A stretch of 64,000 bases of DNA, taken from NCBI GenBank assembly GCA_965226795.1, contig CBDDDZ010000004.1, positions 736,001 through 800,000 of the forward strand, written 5' to 3'. The translations under genes and the position numbers were made by a program. The stretch is from Candidatus Latescibacterota bacterium. GTDB taxonomy: Bacteria > Latescibacterota > UBA2968 > GCA-2709665. Positions 28,609-38,643 of this stretch are shown here, piece by piece; position 1 is the stretch's first letter; each line of letters opens with the position of its first letter. The notes below the pieces were generated by a model. It was not told the origin of the DNA, did no database searches, and was given only the letters and a program-made list of their open reading frames with translations.

Positions 28609-29811
28609 TCACGTTCCGGTTGTATATCCGCTCCCACAGTATTCTACCGCCGTCATCGCATACACCCGCGCCACCCGAACCAACTCGTCCACGGCCACCG
28701 ACTCGGACAACGTATGCGCTCCCCTCGCATCCGGACCGTGGGTAAGCGCCGGAATACCGGCAAGGGCAGCGTAGGCATTGCCGTCGTCCACGAACGGCTT
28801 GCCGCCCAGGGGCAGTTCTCTACCCGAAACAGCCGCGTGTGCTGCCTGAAACGCGTTGACGACGGCGTCTTCGGGGGAGATCCTGAACGCGTCTCCCTGA
28901 ACATGGAACTCAACCGTCACCGACGTCCCGGACTCCAGCGCGAGTTCGTCGACCAGCGCGCGAAACTCCCGCTCGACGACCCCCGTGCGGTCGGGCGTGA
29001 CCCATCGCCGCGTGCCGTGAACGCTGCACGCTACCGGCGCCTGATTGTAGATCTCACCCGACTCCATGCGCCCCACGAAAACCGTATCGCATCCTGAATA
29101 AGGGTCGGAAGTCCTCACCAGCGCCCTGTTCAGGTTCCGAAGCCGGCACACCAGTTCGGCGCCGGCACCCAGAACGTCGGGCGTATCCGGCGCCCGAAGA
29201 ACCTCGTGTACCGGATCCCCTTCCCTGCGCAACGAAATCTCGAAAATGGCCATTCCCCGTCCGGCCATAGGCAATCGATCCGCCAGATACTCCGGGAGCA
29301 TCACAGCGTCGCCCACATAACCCTCCGCAACGAGAGCCCGTACCTGGCGCCGGTCTCCCCAGGGGCCTTCGTGATGGTCGTGCGCGGTGAGCAGAACGCC
29401 CCCGCCCGTAAGTGCTCCGGTCTCGCGCAACGCCCGGAGCGCCTCGACCGCGGCCGCGATTCCACCCTTCATATCCGAGGCGCCGGAACCGTACAGCACG
29501 CCGTCTTCCAGCCTGGGCGGCACAAAGGGCAAATGCACCGTATCCAGATGGCCGTCGAACTGCAGGGTACGTCCCTGCCGGCCTGTTTCCAACCGAACCA
29601 CAACAGCAGGCGCCTCCGGCCAGTCTGCGTCCGGTCGTTCCACCTGAAATCCATCGTTGGCCAGTATCTCCGCCAGGCAATCCGCCGCGGCGCCGGCGCT
29701 CCGCGTGGGGCTGGGCAACGCGATCAGCGCCATCGCCGTTTCCGCAAGCCGTTCCCGATTCACTGCGGATCGAATTTCGTCCAGCCGGCCCGCATCCGAT
29801 GTGTCGTCCAT
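28609..29811 (-). CDS. M20-family metallopeptidase/deacylase (ArgE/DapE-like)
   Basis: GHLDTV, GSGASDMKGG and GP...AHT..E motifs. HDHHE stands at the usual xxEE position. Confidence 0.88.
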   Translation of the reverse strand: MDDTSDAGRLDEIRSAVNRERLAETAMALIALPSPTRSAGAAADCLAEILANDGFQVERPDADWPEAPAVVVRLETGRQGRTLQFDGHLDTVHLPFVPPRLEDGVLYGSGASDMKGGIAAAVEALRALRETGALTGGGVLLTAHDHHEGPWGDRRQVRALVAEGYVGDAVMLPEYLADRLPMAGRGMAIFEISLRREGDPVHEVLRAPDTPDVLGAGAELVCRLRNLNRALVRTSDPYSGCDTVFVGRMESGEIYNQAPVACSVHGTRRWVTPDRTGVVEREFRALVDELALESGTSVTVEFHVQGDAFRISPEDAVVNAFQAAHAAVSGRELPLGGKPFVDDGNAYAALAGIPALTHGPDARGAHTLSESVAVDELVRVARVYAMTAVEYCGSGYTTGT

Positions 29812-30063
29812 GAAACCCTCCCGGGCCCAACGCCCTTACGACTCGTACCGCGTATGCAAAACAGATGTTCAGTGATAGAGAAACCGCAAAAATGGTTGCG
29901 TCGTACGTAGCAAATATGGTATACATATACCCGTCCGGCGGCGTGCCGCCGGGAGGGCGAAAGAACAATATAGAGCAACTCCGGTGCACTTCAAGTACAC
30001 AAACGAGAGCCGCCCGGCGGATCGTCGGGCCGGCTTCGCATTTTTCCGATCCGAGGATGTAAA

Positions 30064-31017
30064 GTGACGCAGGGCAGAAGCGAGGACCCCCTTGCGATAA
30101 CGCTCGGGGTCGAGGAAGAATTCTTCCTTATAGATCCGGACACGCGCGATCTTCTACCGGACCCGGACCGCCGGATTTTCGAGGATTGCGAGAAAAACCG
30201 GGGGCCGCACAAGGTCGTGGCCGAGTTCCTCCGATCTCAGATAGAAGCCACGACCAGAGTCTGCCAATCCGTGGCCGAGGTGCGCGAAGCCCTGGTGGAG
30301 ACCCGACGCTTCGTCATCAATGCGGCCGTAAATCACGATGGCGCTGTCCTGGCCGCCTCCACACATCCCTTTGCGGCCTGGCACAACCAGGTCGTGACCG
30401 CCGGACGCCGCTACGAGCAATTCGCGATGACCTATCAACAGGCGGTTCGGGAACTGCTCGTCGGCGGGATGCACATCCATGCCGGATTCGGCGACGCGGA
30501 CAGCCGCGTGAGGGTGATGACGGCACTGCGGCAGCACCTCCCGTTACTTCATGCGCTTTCGGCCTCATCCCCGTTCAGCAGCGGGCGGGAAACGGGTTTC
30601 AAGTCCAACAGGATCACCCTCTTCAGCAGTCTGCCGCGCACGGGCCTTCCCGGACCGCTGTGCACCTGGGACGAATTCGACCGCCTGGTGGCCGAGAACT
30701 GCTGGCTCGCGCAGCGATACGGCGTCCTCGCCTTCCTGGGCAATACCGGCGGAGAGGGACGCACGGATATCGACGAACTCGCTCACGCGCTCGTGGACGA
30801 ACTTACCGAAGACGCGCGGGCCCTGGGTTGCGAGGCGGAACTGCGGCATACCCTGGACGTCATACGGTTCGGTACCGGTGCTGACCGGCAGATCGATCAT
30901 TTCCGCTTACGCCAGCTGGAAGGCGATTCGGAACCGGACAGACCAGCGCATCCGTTCGCTCCCGAAAGGCGCGGCGAATACACATCACATCCGCTACAGG
31001 ATTTGGCAGCAACGTGA
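30064..31017 (+). pseudogene. Carboxylate-amine ligase (YbdK/GCS2) with an apparent in-frame internal deletion
   Basis: LGVEEEF, SQIE, GMHIH, SSPF, SLPRTG and GTGADRQ are present, but the conserved WWDxRP/TxExRxxD segment is absent. Confidence 0.7.
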
Positions 31018-32096
31018 CGAACTGCGAAACAGTGAAACTGAAAACGGGCGAGCCGCTCGTCATCAGCGAGGTCGAGCCGCCTCTCGGCCGCTTCGCCGAC
31101 AGCGTGGGATGCTGGTGGGAAGCGGTGGAAGAGGATCTTCTCGTGGGCACGCTCGCGCCCTGGCTTGATTGCCCTTACTATATCGGAGAGATAGGCGGGG
31201 AAGTTGCAGGGTACATGACCTGCCTCACGTCCGTGCGGAATCCCGAGGTGGGCCTCGTGGAGTTCGTCAGCACCGCGAACGAACACCGGCGCAAGGGCGT
31301 GGGGACGGCGCTGCTGCGGCAACTGATCGCCCGCTTCGAAGCAAACGGAGGACTGGCCCTGTACCTGTGCACCACGAATCCGGTGGCCGGGCAACTGTAC
31401 GAAAACTGCGGGTTCGACTACTCTGTCGGTGACGGTATGCGTTACCTGTCTGCCACTGCCGGTGACTTCGATGCCTGGTATCTGGCACGCAAGGGCGAGG
31501 CGATTGCGCGTGAGGCCCACTGGGGAGACCTGCCGGGCGCCACTGTCCTCTTCTGTCACCGGCAGCCGGCCTGGGAGATCAAGGAATACCTCAGCCACTG
31601 TTTCCGCGACACCCGTTTCGAGGGCCACTACGTGAAGCTGATGCGCCGCGTCGAGGAGGACCGCGGCGTCATTATGGTGCTTGAGAACCGGCGGCAACGG
31701 GTGGTCGGCTGTGCCATCATCGAACGCCTGCCCACGTTTCAACAGCAGCACGTGGCACACTTGAGCGTCCGCGTCGCCCCGGAATACACCGACCAGACCG
31801 TGGCGCTGCTCGACGATGCCGCCTCCCGCGCTCACGGGATCGGTATTTCGGTTCTGCAGACATACGTCTCGGACGGAGACAAGGACGCTGGAAGAAGGCT
31901 GGAGGAGGCCGGGTTCGAATGCGAGGCGGTCCTGCCCGGCCGCCTGCGAACCGCCGGCGGCCTGACCGGAGTCGCCGTGTACGGCAGGCATCTCGGTGAG
32001 ACCGGCCCGTGGCGTCCCCTGAAGGCGTATTATGGAGAGAGGAAGCCCTGGCAGGCACAACGGGTTCGCGCCAGGGAGAAAGACGGAGCCTCATAA
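31014..32096 (+). CDS. Tandem GNAT acetyltransferase
   Basis: HRRKGVGTALL...LYENCGF followed by a second GNAT-like domain (LEEAGF). Confidence 0.8.
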   Translation: MTNCETVKLKTGEPLVISEVEPPLGRFADSVGCWWEAVEEDLLVGTLAPWLDCPYYIGEIGGEVAGYMTCLTSVRNPEVGLVEFVSTANEHRRKGVGTALLRQLIARFEANGGLALYLCTTNPVAGQLYENCGFDYSVGDGMRYLSATAGDFDAWYLARKGEAIAREAHWGDLPGATVLFCHRQPAWEIKEYLSHCFRDTRFEGHYVKLMRRVEEDRGVIMVLENRRQRVVGCAIIERLPTFQQQHVAHLSVRVAPEYTDQTVALLDDAASRAHGIGISVLQTYVSDGDKDAGRRLEEAGFECEAVLPGRLRTAGGLTGVAVYGRHLGETGPWRPLKAYYGERKPWQAQRVRAREKDGAS

Positions 32097-32386
32097 ATCA
32101 GCCAATTCCGCCGGTGGTTCACGTGGGCCGGCGAAGCGATACGGTTAACGCCTGCCCCCTATCAATCGGCCACGTGACCTGGGCGGGCAAACACCACGCC
32201 TACGGCCGTCTCAAACGAATCAGCATCCCCTTCGGCAACGCAATAAGATTGTTGCGTTGCCGAAGGGGTGAATCTCTAAGCCATAAGCGTTGAACAGTCA
32301 GGCCCTTCCACCGTGCCTCCGGCTGGCTGTGTGATGGGTGCGCTGAAAGCTGACGGCTTATTTTCAGGCCAGAAAGGTAAAAGGAA

Positions 32387-33199
32387 TTGTCTTACCAGGA
32401 ACTGATAGCTCAACTCAAGGCGCAGGTCCAGCATATCGCCCATCAACTCATCGATGCCGCGCCCCGGATCGCCGGCGCCCTGGCCCTGGCGTTACTGGGT
32501 CTCGCGCTGGCTTACCTGGTCTGCGCCCTGAGCCGCAGGTTGATCGCCGGGCTGGACCGGTTGGTTCCGCGTCTCAGGCTGCACAGAGGGCGGGCGGCGG
32601 AATTCCGGACCGCCGCGGGTTGGGCCGTCGGTCGCGTGCTCTTCTGGCTGGTTCTGCTCTTTTTTCTCACGGTGGCCACCGAAATACTGGGGCTGCCCGT
32701 GGTGTCCGTATGGCTCAACGGCATTGTCGTCTATCTGCCCCGGTTCCTCGCGGCCGTCCTGATCCTGTTCGCCGGCCTGGTGGGCGGTCAGTTTCTAAGG
32801 GATGTCATCGTGTCGACGGGGATTTCCTACGCGACGGCCCTTGCGCGCCTGGGTCAGATGTCGGTGGTGGTCGCGAGTTCCCTGATCGCCGTGAACCAGG
32901 CGGGTCTGAACGTCGACCTGCTGACCAGCGGACTGCTTCTCGTCTTCGGAATCGGCCTTCTGGGCAGCGCCCTGACCTTTGCGCTCGGGGCCCGTACCAC
33001 CGTGGCCAATATACTGGCCTCGTACTACCTGCAAAAAACCTACAGGGTGGGCCACCGGGTCCGCGTCGGGAACTACCAGGGAGAGATCGTCCAGATCACC
33101 GCCACCGTTGTGGTGCTGGATGCCGAGGAGGGGCGTATCTCGGTGCCCGCGTCGGTCTTTGCCGAACAGGCGTCTATCCTGCTCGTAGAGAGGAATTGA
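32387..33199 (+). CDS. Small-conductance mechanosensitive channel-like membrane protein
   Basis: PRIAGAL and YLPRFLAAVLIL TM-helix repeats, plus ANILAS...VGHRVRVG..QGEIVQI MscS beta domain. TTG start. Confidence 0.75.
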   Translation: MSYQELIAQLKAQVQHIAHQLIDAAPRIAGALALALLGLALAYLVCALSRRLIAGLDRLVPRLRLHRGRAAEFRTAAGWAVGRVLFWLVLLFFLTVATEILGLPVVSVWLNGIVVYLPRFLAAVLILFAGLVGGQFLRDVIVSTGISYATALARLGQMSVVVASSLIAVNQAGLNVDLLTSGLLLVFGIGLLGSALTFALGARTTVANILASYYLQKTYRVGHRVRVGNYQGEIVQITATVVVLDAEEGRISVPASVFAEQASILLVERN

Positions 33200-33203
33200 A
33201 ACG

Positions 33204-34052
33204 ATGGACAGGGCATCGAATCTGATTGATCACTTTATCCGCGGCCACGCCCCGGAAGCCGCCCGTGTATTGGAAAATTGCTCGCTGGACGAACTCGTGC
33301 CCTTCTTCTCCCGGACCCCGCCCGAACTGGCTACCGCCCTTTTCAACACCATGGAATCGAGCACTGCCGTGGCCTGTCTGGAGCGTATGCCGGCCACGAA
33401 TGCCGCAGGCGCCCTGGAGGGGGTGTCGGCGGATCGCGCCGCCCACCTCGTTCGCCGACTGAAGCCGGAGACGAGAGCGGCGATCCTGGAAGCGTTGCCC
33501 GACGATCTCACAAGGCACCTGAATCGCCTGTTGCGTTACCGCGAGGAGACCGCCGGAGCATTGATGGAGTCGCTGGTCTTCACCGTCCCGCCCGAAATTT
33601 CCGCCGGGGAGGCGCTGGCCAGATTACGGGCCAATCAGGCCCGCGTCCTGTATTATGTGTACGTCGTGAAGCGCGATCAGACACTGGCCGGCGTTCTCAG
33701 TCTCCGGGAACTGCTGGCTGCCGATGAAGGGTTATCCGTGGCCTCCCTTATGCGAAAGGACGTGATGTTTGTGCGAACGGACGATTCGCTGGCTTCGGTG
33801 CTCGTCCATCCATCGTGGATGGATTTCCACATCCTGCCCGTACTCGACGAACAGGATCTGTTCGCCGGGGCGCTACGCCACAAGACCCTCCGTCAACTGG
33901 CCGGGCTCACCGACCGCCTCGTACAGCCCGGCCAGGCAGGGACGGCACTGGGAGAATTATATCGCATCGGGCTGTCTTCCCTGGTAAAAAGCGTCCTTGG
34001 GGCGGAAAATCTCCAACCGCCCAATGCCGATCATCCCGGTCGCCAGCTTTGA
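33204..34052 (+). CDS. Soluble MgtE N-domain plus CBS-pair protein
   Basis: Helical N-domain, YREETAGALM, YVYVV...LAGVLSLRELL and LPVLD. No TM domain. Confidence 0.8.
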   Translation: MDRASNLIDHFIRGHAPEAARVLENCSLDELVPFFSRTPPELATALFNTMESSTAVACLERMPATNAAGALEGVSADRAAHLVRRLKPETRAAILEALPDDLTRHLNRLLRYREETAGALMESLVFTVPPEISAGEALARLRANQARVLYYVYVVKRDQTLAGVLSLRELLAADEGLSVASLMRKDVMFVRTDDSLASVLVHPSWMDFHILPVLDEQDLFAGALRHKTLRQLAGLTDRLVQPGQAGTALGELYRIGLSSLVKSVLGAENLQPPNADHPGRQL

Positions 34053-34165
34053 TTGCGTATAGGTACCACACGTGCCGTCACCGGGATTCTCGTTGACCGG
34101 TCACCGGTACAGCGGGGACATGCCCTGACGTAGCAGGTGAGCACTCATCCGGCAAGGAGTCAGGT

Positions 34166-35485
34166 ATGACTGAAAACACGCAGGCCTCGCAAGCCCTGAT
34201 CCGAGCCTTTTTTCGGCTCCATCCGGGTGAGGCCGCCCGTGCGCTGGCCCAGACGCCAGTGCCCGAGGCGCTTGAGCTGCTTGAATCCCAGGCCGGCGAC
34301 AGGGGCGCGCAGGTCTTTGAGCGCTTGGATCCGGATCGGGCCATCCTGCTTGTCGAGAACATGGAGGGTTCCCTGTTCCGGACACTATGGGCGGCTATGG
34401 ACGAAGGCGTCGCGGCCTCGCTCCTGGCCCGGCTGTCGCCGAAAAGCCGGTCCGAGCGCCTGGACGCCCTGCCCGCCGGACTGGCTGCTGAAATGAAGGA
34501 ACTGATGAGCTATCCGGCCGGATCGGCCGGTCAGATCATGGATAGCTCGGTGACCGTATTCAGCGCCGAGGAGACAGCGGTGGAGGCGCTCACCCGCATC
34601 CGTTCGTTTCCGGAACGGCGCATCCTCGATCTGTGCGTCGTGGACGATAACGGGAAGCTTACCGCGGTACTTCCGTTACAGGAGGTCGCCGTGGCCCAGC
34701 CCGGAGACCGCCTTGGACAACTGGCGGACGGGCCTCCCGTGTCCGTGCAGGCCATGTCATCGACAGAAGGAGTGGTAGAACTGCTTGACGCCCACAAGTT
34801 GGCTTCGCTGCCCGTTGTCGGTGGCGTCGAGGGTCGGCTTTGCGGAATCATCCGCCATGATGCCCTGGTGGTGGCCGCCAGGCATGAGGCAAGCGAGAAA
34901 GTGCAGACCATGGTCGGCGCCGGCAGGGAGGAACGCGCCCTTTCGGGACCCGTGCTGGCCGTGCGCAATCGGCTGCCCTGGCTGCAGGTCAATCTGGCGA
35001 CGGCCTTTCTGGCCGCGGCGGCCGTCGCCCTTTTCGAGGACACAATCGCCATGTTCACCGCCCTGGCCGTGTTTCTGCCCGTGGTCGCCGGACAGGCGGG
35101 CAATACCGGCGCACAGGCCCTGGCCGTGACCTCCCGCGGCCTGGCCCTGCGCGAGTTCAGACCGCGCCGCTGGTTTTACGTTGCCCGCAAGGAACTGCTG
35201 GCCGGGTTTGTCAACGGGCTGGCCGTGGCCCTGGTGGCGTCTCTGGCGGCCTACCTGTGGTCCGGCACGGCGTGGCTTCCCCTTGTACTGGCCGTATCCA
35301 TGGTGTTTTCCATGTCCATGGCCAGTCTCACAGGGGCCCTCATTCCAATCGTTCTCACGGCTTCGGGCAAGGACCCGGCCCAGTCGGCCTCGATTTTTCT
35401 GACCACCGTCACGGACGTTATAGGATTCGTCAGTTTTCTGGGGCTGGCCACCCTGTTGGCGGGATCTTTCGGCCTGTCCTTTTAA
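34166..35485 (+). CDS. mgtE: Magnesium transporter MgtE
   Basis: N-domain, CBS pair, RLPWL, AGNTGAQ and DPA..ASIFLTTVTD. Confidence 0.92.
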   Translation: MTENTQASQALIRAFFRLHPGEAARALAQTPVPEALELLESQAGDRGAQVFERLDPDRAILLVENMEGSLFRTLWAAMDEGVAASLLARLSPKSRSERLDALPAGLAAEMKELMSYPAGSAGQIMDSSVTVFSAEETAVEALTRIRSFPERRILDLCVVDDNGKLTAVLPLQEVAVAQPGDRLGQLADGPPVSVQAMSSTEGVVELLDAHKLASLPVVGGVEGRLCGIIRHDALVVAARHEASEKVQTMVGAGREERALSGPVLAVRNRLPWLQVNLATAFLAAAAVALFEDTIAMFTALAVFLPVVAGQAGNTGAQALAVTSRGLALREFRPRRWFYVARKELLAGFVNGLAVALVASLAAYLWSGTAWLPLVLAVSMVFSMSMASLTGALIPIVLTASGKDPAQSASIFLTTVTDVIGFVSFLGLATLLAGSFGLSF

Positions 35486-35497
35486 AAGCGCGTGACG

Positions 35498-36274
35498 TTA
35501 TTTTCCCCCCGCCATGCCTGACTTTGTCGTCCTGATAAATTCGATAATATCGTCGGTAACGTCCATCACATGAACCCCCGCCGGCACGACAAATTCGAAT
35601 CGATCGTCGTCTACCTTTACGTTTGTTTTCAACGTTTCAAAATGCCGTGAAAGCAGTTCCTTACCGGCAGCACTATAGTAACTCACCGCCCTCAACAACC
35701 CATCTTCCGGGTGAATGGAAAAACGAACCCTGGCGGGCGGCTCCGAGAGGTCTGCATATAGCAGTGTAACCTCCGGCACGGCTTCGAATACGCGAAGGAT
35801 CCCGCCCTTCAGCGTGTCGGTCCCCACATATCGGATGGATTTCCATTCAAGCGCGAGGAAGGGGCGCGTGGGATTCGGCTGGTCCGCGTGCGCCTCCACC
35901 TGCGTCGCACGATAGACCCTCGCGTTGTTGATTCGGTAGACGATCTTCTCCTCGGGGTCATATCGCCACAACAGGCTGCCATCCGACACGATCGTCTGAC
36001 GGATCCGCCCGGCAAGGACGCGCGCCACGTGCATTTTGGCCGGCGCCTGTATGGTAATATCGTCCAGAATCTCGAATTGCTCGCCTTCCACCGTCAACAG
36101 GGTTCTGACCCGGGTTTCACAGGTCTTGATCGGCTTCAGCTTTTCCTGAATCGCGACCATCAGACCATCGGTCTTCGTATCGCCGGTTGACATCTTGTCC
36201 GCGCTCGCCCGCCCTCCCATCGCCATCGCACACAGCGCAAGGCAAACCGTCAGCGTTGTCCGAATCGTAAACAT
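35498..36274 (-). CDS. LolA-like outer-membrane lipoprotein carrier family protein
   Basis: Signal peptide, IVSDGSLLWRYDPE and FEFVVPAGVHV. AAAGGAG RBS. Confidence 0.75.
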   Translation of the reverse strand: MFTIRTTLTVCLALCAMAMGGRASADKMSTGDTKTDGLMVAIQEKLKPIKTCETRVRTLLTVEGEQFEILDDITIQAPAKMHVARVLAGRIRQTIVSDGSLLWRYDPEEKIVYRINNARVYRATQVEAHADQPNPTRPFLALEWKSIRYVGTDTLKGGILRVFEAVPEVTLLYADLSEPPARVRFSIHPEDGLLRAVSYYSAAGKELLSRHFETLKTNVKVDDDRFEFVVPAGVHVMDVTDDIIEFIRTTKSGMAGGK

Positions 36275-36527
36275 ACCGGAACTCCTTTCCCGGGTGGCAG
36301 GTTGAGAACATCTGATTGAAAAAACCGGCATCCCCTCTCCACGCCGGACTTCCCGCCGGGCCATCTATCCAACCTGATTGAACCCCGAAAGTCACTCCCT
36401 CCAGGACCTAAATCATCGTCAGGGTCCGCAAGACCGTCGTTGGCTCCCGTCGAACGGGCGACTGAGCGGACCCAACGCCTTTAACGGCCTGATCACGACC
36501 GCCCCCAAGAGAATCGTCGAACGCCCA

Positions 36528-37268
36528 TTACAATTTTCGGAAGATCACTCCCACAACCAACCCCGCAGCCAGCGCCACGACAACCGAGATCAGGCCGTAG
36601 AGACCCCCATGCTGGAACGCGGCGTCGGAAAGCACACGAACGAGCCCGGCTTTTTCGACGGTAAACGTCCGAACGGTCTCCGAAACCGGACGGTCTTCTT
36701 TGAAACAGTAAAGTGTCGCGCGATAGGCTCCGGATCGAATAGCGGCGGGAATCCGGAATTCCGCTCGGAAATCAGCGATCCCGCCGTCTCCATCTGACAA
36801 CACAATCGTCCCGGGCCGCACCGCGTAAAATCCACGCTGTGTTTCCAGGCGCAGGAACTCGTCGAACACGAAGCCGTCATCGCCGGGAGGCGACTGTTCA
36901 ATGGTGACGCTCCTCCGAAGCGCTTCGAACCCCTCCCCGACGGTTTCCAGTTGCCGCGCGACGTCCGGCGAATCGCTCGAGGCGGCGACCACATAGAGGG
37001 CGGGCAGCGAGTCGAACACAACACGGCCCGTACTGATCCACAAAGGGCCGCGTCTGTCCTTTCTGCGATACGAAACGGCGCGCCGTTCCCCTTCAAGTTT
37101 CAAAACGACCCGGCAATCTTTCGGTACCCTGCCGGTTGCGACAAGCCTTGCGCCCTGGAAGAAGAGGTCGACCTCTATGTGTGAAGGAAGTAGCTGGAGC
37201 AAGGGTTCTGCCGCGCAGGGCACGGACAGAAGCGCCATCAACATCCCGGCCCAGGCCCGACTGTTCAT
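36528..37268 (-). CDS. TIGR02186-like membrane protein partnering TauE
   Basis: ATGA overlap with TauE. FFQGA, RRK...GPLWI and C-terminal TM LYGLISVVVAL. Confidence 0.75.
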   Translation of the reverse strand: MNSRAWAGMLMALLSVPCAAEPLLQLLPSHIEVDLFFQGARLVATGRVPKDCRVVLKLEGERRAVSYRRKDRRGPLWISTGRVVFDSLPALYVVAASSDSPDVARQLETVGEGFEALRRSVTIEQSPPGDDGFVFDEFLRLETQRGFYAVRPGTIVLSDGDGGIADFRAEFRIPAAIRSGAYRATLYCFKEDRPVSETVRTFTVEKAGLVRVLSDAAFQHGGLYGLISVVVALAAGLVVGVIFRKL

Positions 37269-38257
37269 CCGCGCCCTCCCCAGTCGGTAAGCAGAATAGC
37301 CGGCTCCGACAGAAGATCCGCCAGCATTTTTCCCATCACCAGGAGCACAATCGCCGCCAGAAGCATCTTGAACTGCTGCATCCCCAACCGCCTGCCAATG
37401 CGTACACCCGCCTGGGTACCCAGCGTTGACCCCGCGAGCAGCGTCAACGCCAGCACGAAATCCACCGTATGGTTCGTATAGGCATGCATCAGGGTCACGT
37501 TGATACAGGTAAACATCACCTGCAACAGGCTTGTTCCCACCACCACGGGCATGGGCATCTTCAACACGTACAGCATGGTCGGCACCATAATAAAACCGCC
37601 GCCCACCCCCATAATTGCCGACAGCATACCCACTACGACGCCCAATCCCAACGGCACCAGCAACGACATGGTCCTTCCGGCCGTCTCGAACCGCATTTTC
37701 CACGGTAGCGCCCGGTTGAGCCCGACGAACCAGGACGCCACCCGGGCCATCCTGCTCACCCAGGCCAGCGGGCGTACCGCCCAGGTTATCCGCAATTCCT
37801 CCCTGGCGCGGTCTGCAGCCTTTACCATGATTCCCGCGCGCATACCCAACACGCCGTCCACGAACATAATGCCGCCTACCAGCGCCAGCATGAGCACGTA
37901 GCTGATATGTATGGCCACATCCGCGCTGCCGGCGGCCCGCAGCACCTTGATAAGCTGCACGCCGGCTGTACCACCGGCGAACCCGCCGACAACCAACAAA
38001 AAGGCCATCCGCAAATCGACGTTTTTCAGCCGCCAGTGGGCATAGACGCCGGATGCCGACGCCGCGACGATCTGATTGGCATCGGAAGCCGCGGCAATTG
38101 TGGGTTGAATCCCGATCATGATTAACAGAGGTGTCAACAGAAAGCCGCCACCCACGCCGAACAGGCCGGAAAGCACGCCCACGCCGGCACCCAACGCCAA
38201 CAGCATCCATAGGTTGACGCTAGTGCCCGCAATGGGCAAATACAGAGAAAGATCCAC
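37265..38257 (-). CDS. Sulfite exporter TauE/SafE family protein
   Basis: LYLPIAG, SGLFGVGGGFLLTP, MGVGGGFIMVP and VVGTSL motifs. Confidence 0.92.
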   Translation of the reverse strand: MDLSLYLPIAGTSVNLWMLLALGAGVGVLSGLFGVGGGFLLTPLLIMIGIQPTIAAASDANQIVAASASGVYAHWRLKNVDLRMAFLLVVGGFAGGTAGVQLIKVLRAAGSADVAIHISYVLMLALVGGIMFVDGVLGMRAGIMVKAADRAREELRITWAVRPLAWVSRMARVASWFVGLNRALPWKMRFETAGRTMSLLVPLGLGVVVGMLSAIMGVGGGFIMVPTMLYVLKMPMPVVVGTSLLQVMFTCINVTLMHAYTNHTVDFVLALTLLAGSTLGTQAGVRIGRRLGMQQFKMLLAAIVLLVMGKMLADLLSEPAILLTDWGGRG

Positions 38258-38643
38258 GCCGTCCTCCCGAAATCCGCGCCACGATCGGCGAATACACAAC
38301 CGGTCTCATAATCTCCCACGCGGGGTGAAAAGTCAAGCGGAAATGCCGGGTTCAACGTCCACGAATGGGACCACGGGACCCCGCAGCAACCAGGCGTAAC
38401 AAATGCGCCCGGGGCTGATGTCGCCCGTTCTCATTTGTCCAGGCCGTCTCATTTTCTCTTTTAAATTAAACCTGTACAGCTTAGCTTTCGATTCACGGAC
38501 CCGTCAATCTCTGCCTGCAATATCCGGATTAAGGCGATCTGCGGCCGTTCCCGTCCGGCCACGGGAGATAAGCCCACAACGGGCTCTGGTTGTCCCGTGA
38601 TCATTGCGCGCCACCTGTCACTTCATCGTAGAGGAGCGGATTT

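Noticed and set aside
32328..32362. Fluoride-riboswitch-like words (GATGGG...GCTGACGGCTTA) upstream of the channel/mgtE cluster
   Set aside because: P1 is weak and the P2 stem is missing. GCTGAAAGCTGA also occurs as a simple repeat at ~43833.
36528..38210. 560-aa ORF in the ORF track
   Set aside because: Its N-terminal part overlaps TauE in another frame. The real gene starts at ATG 37268.
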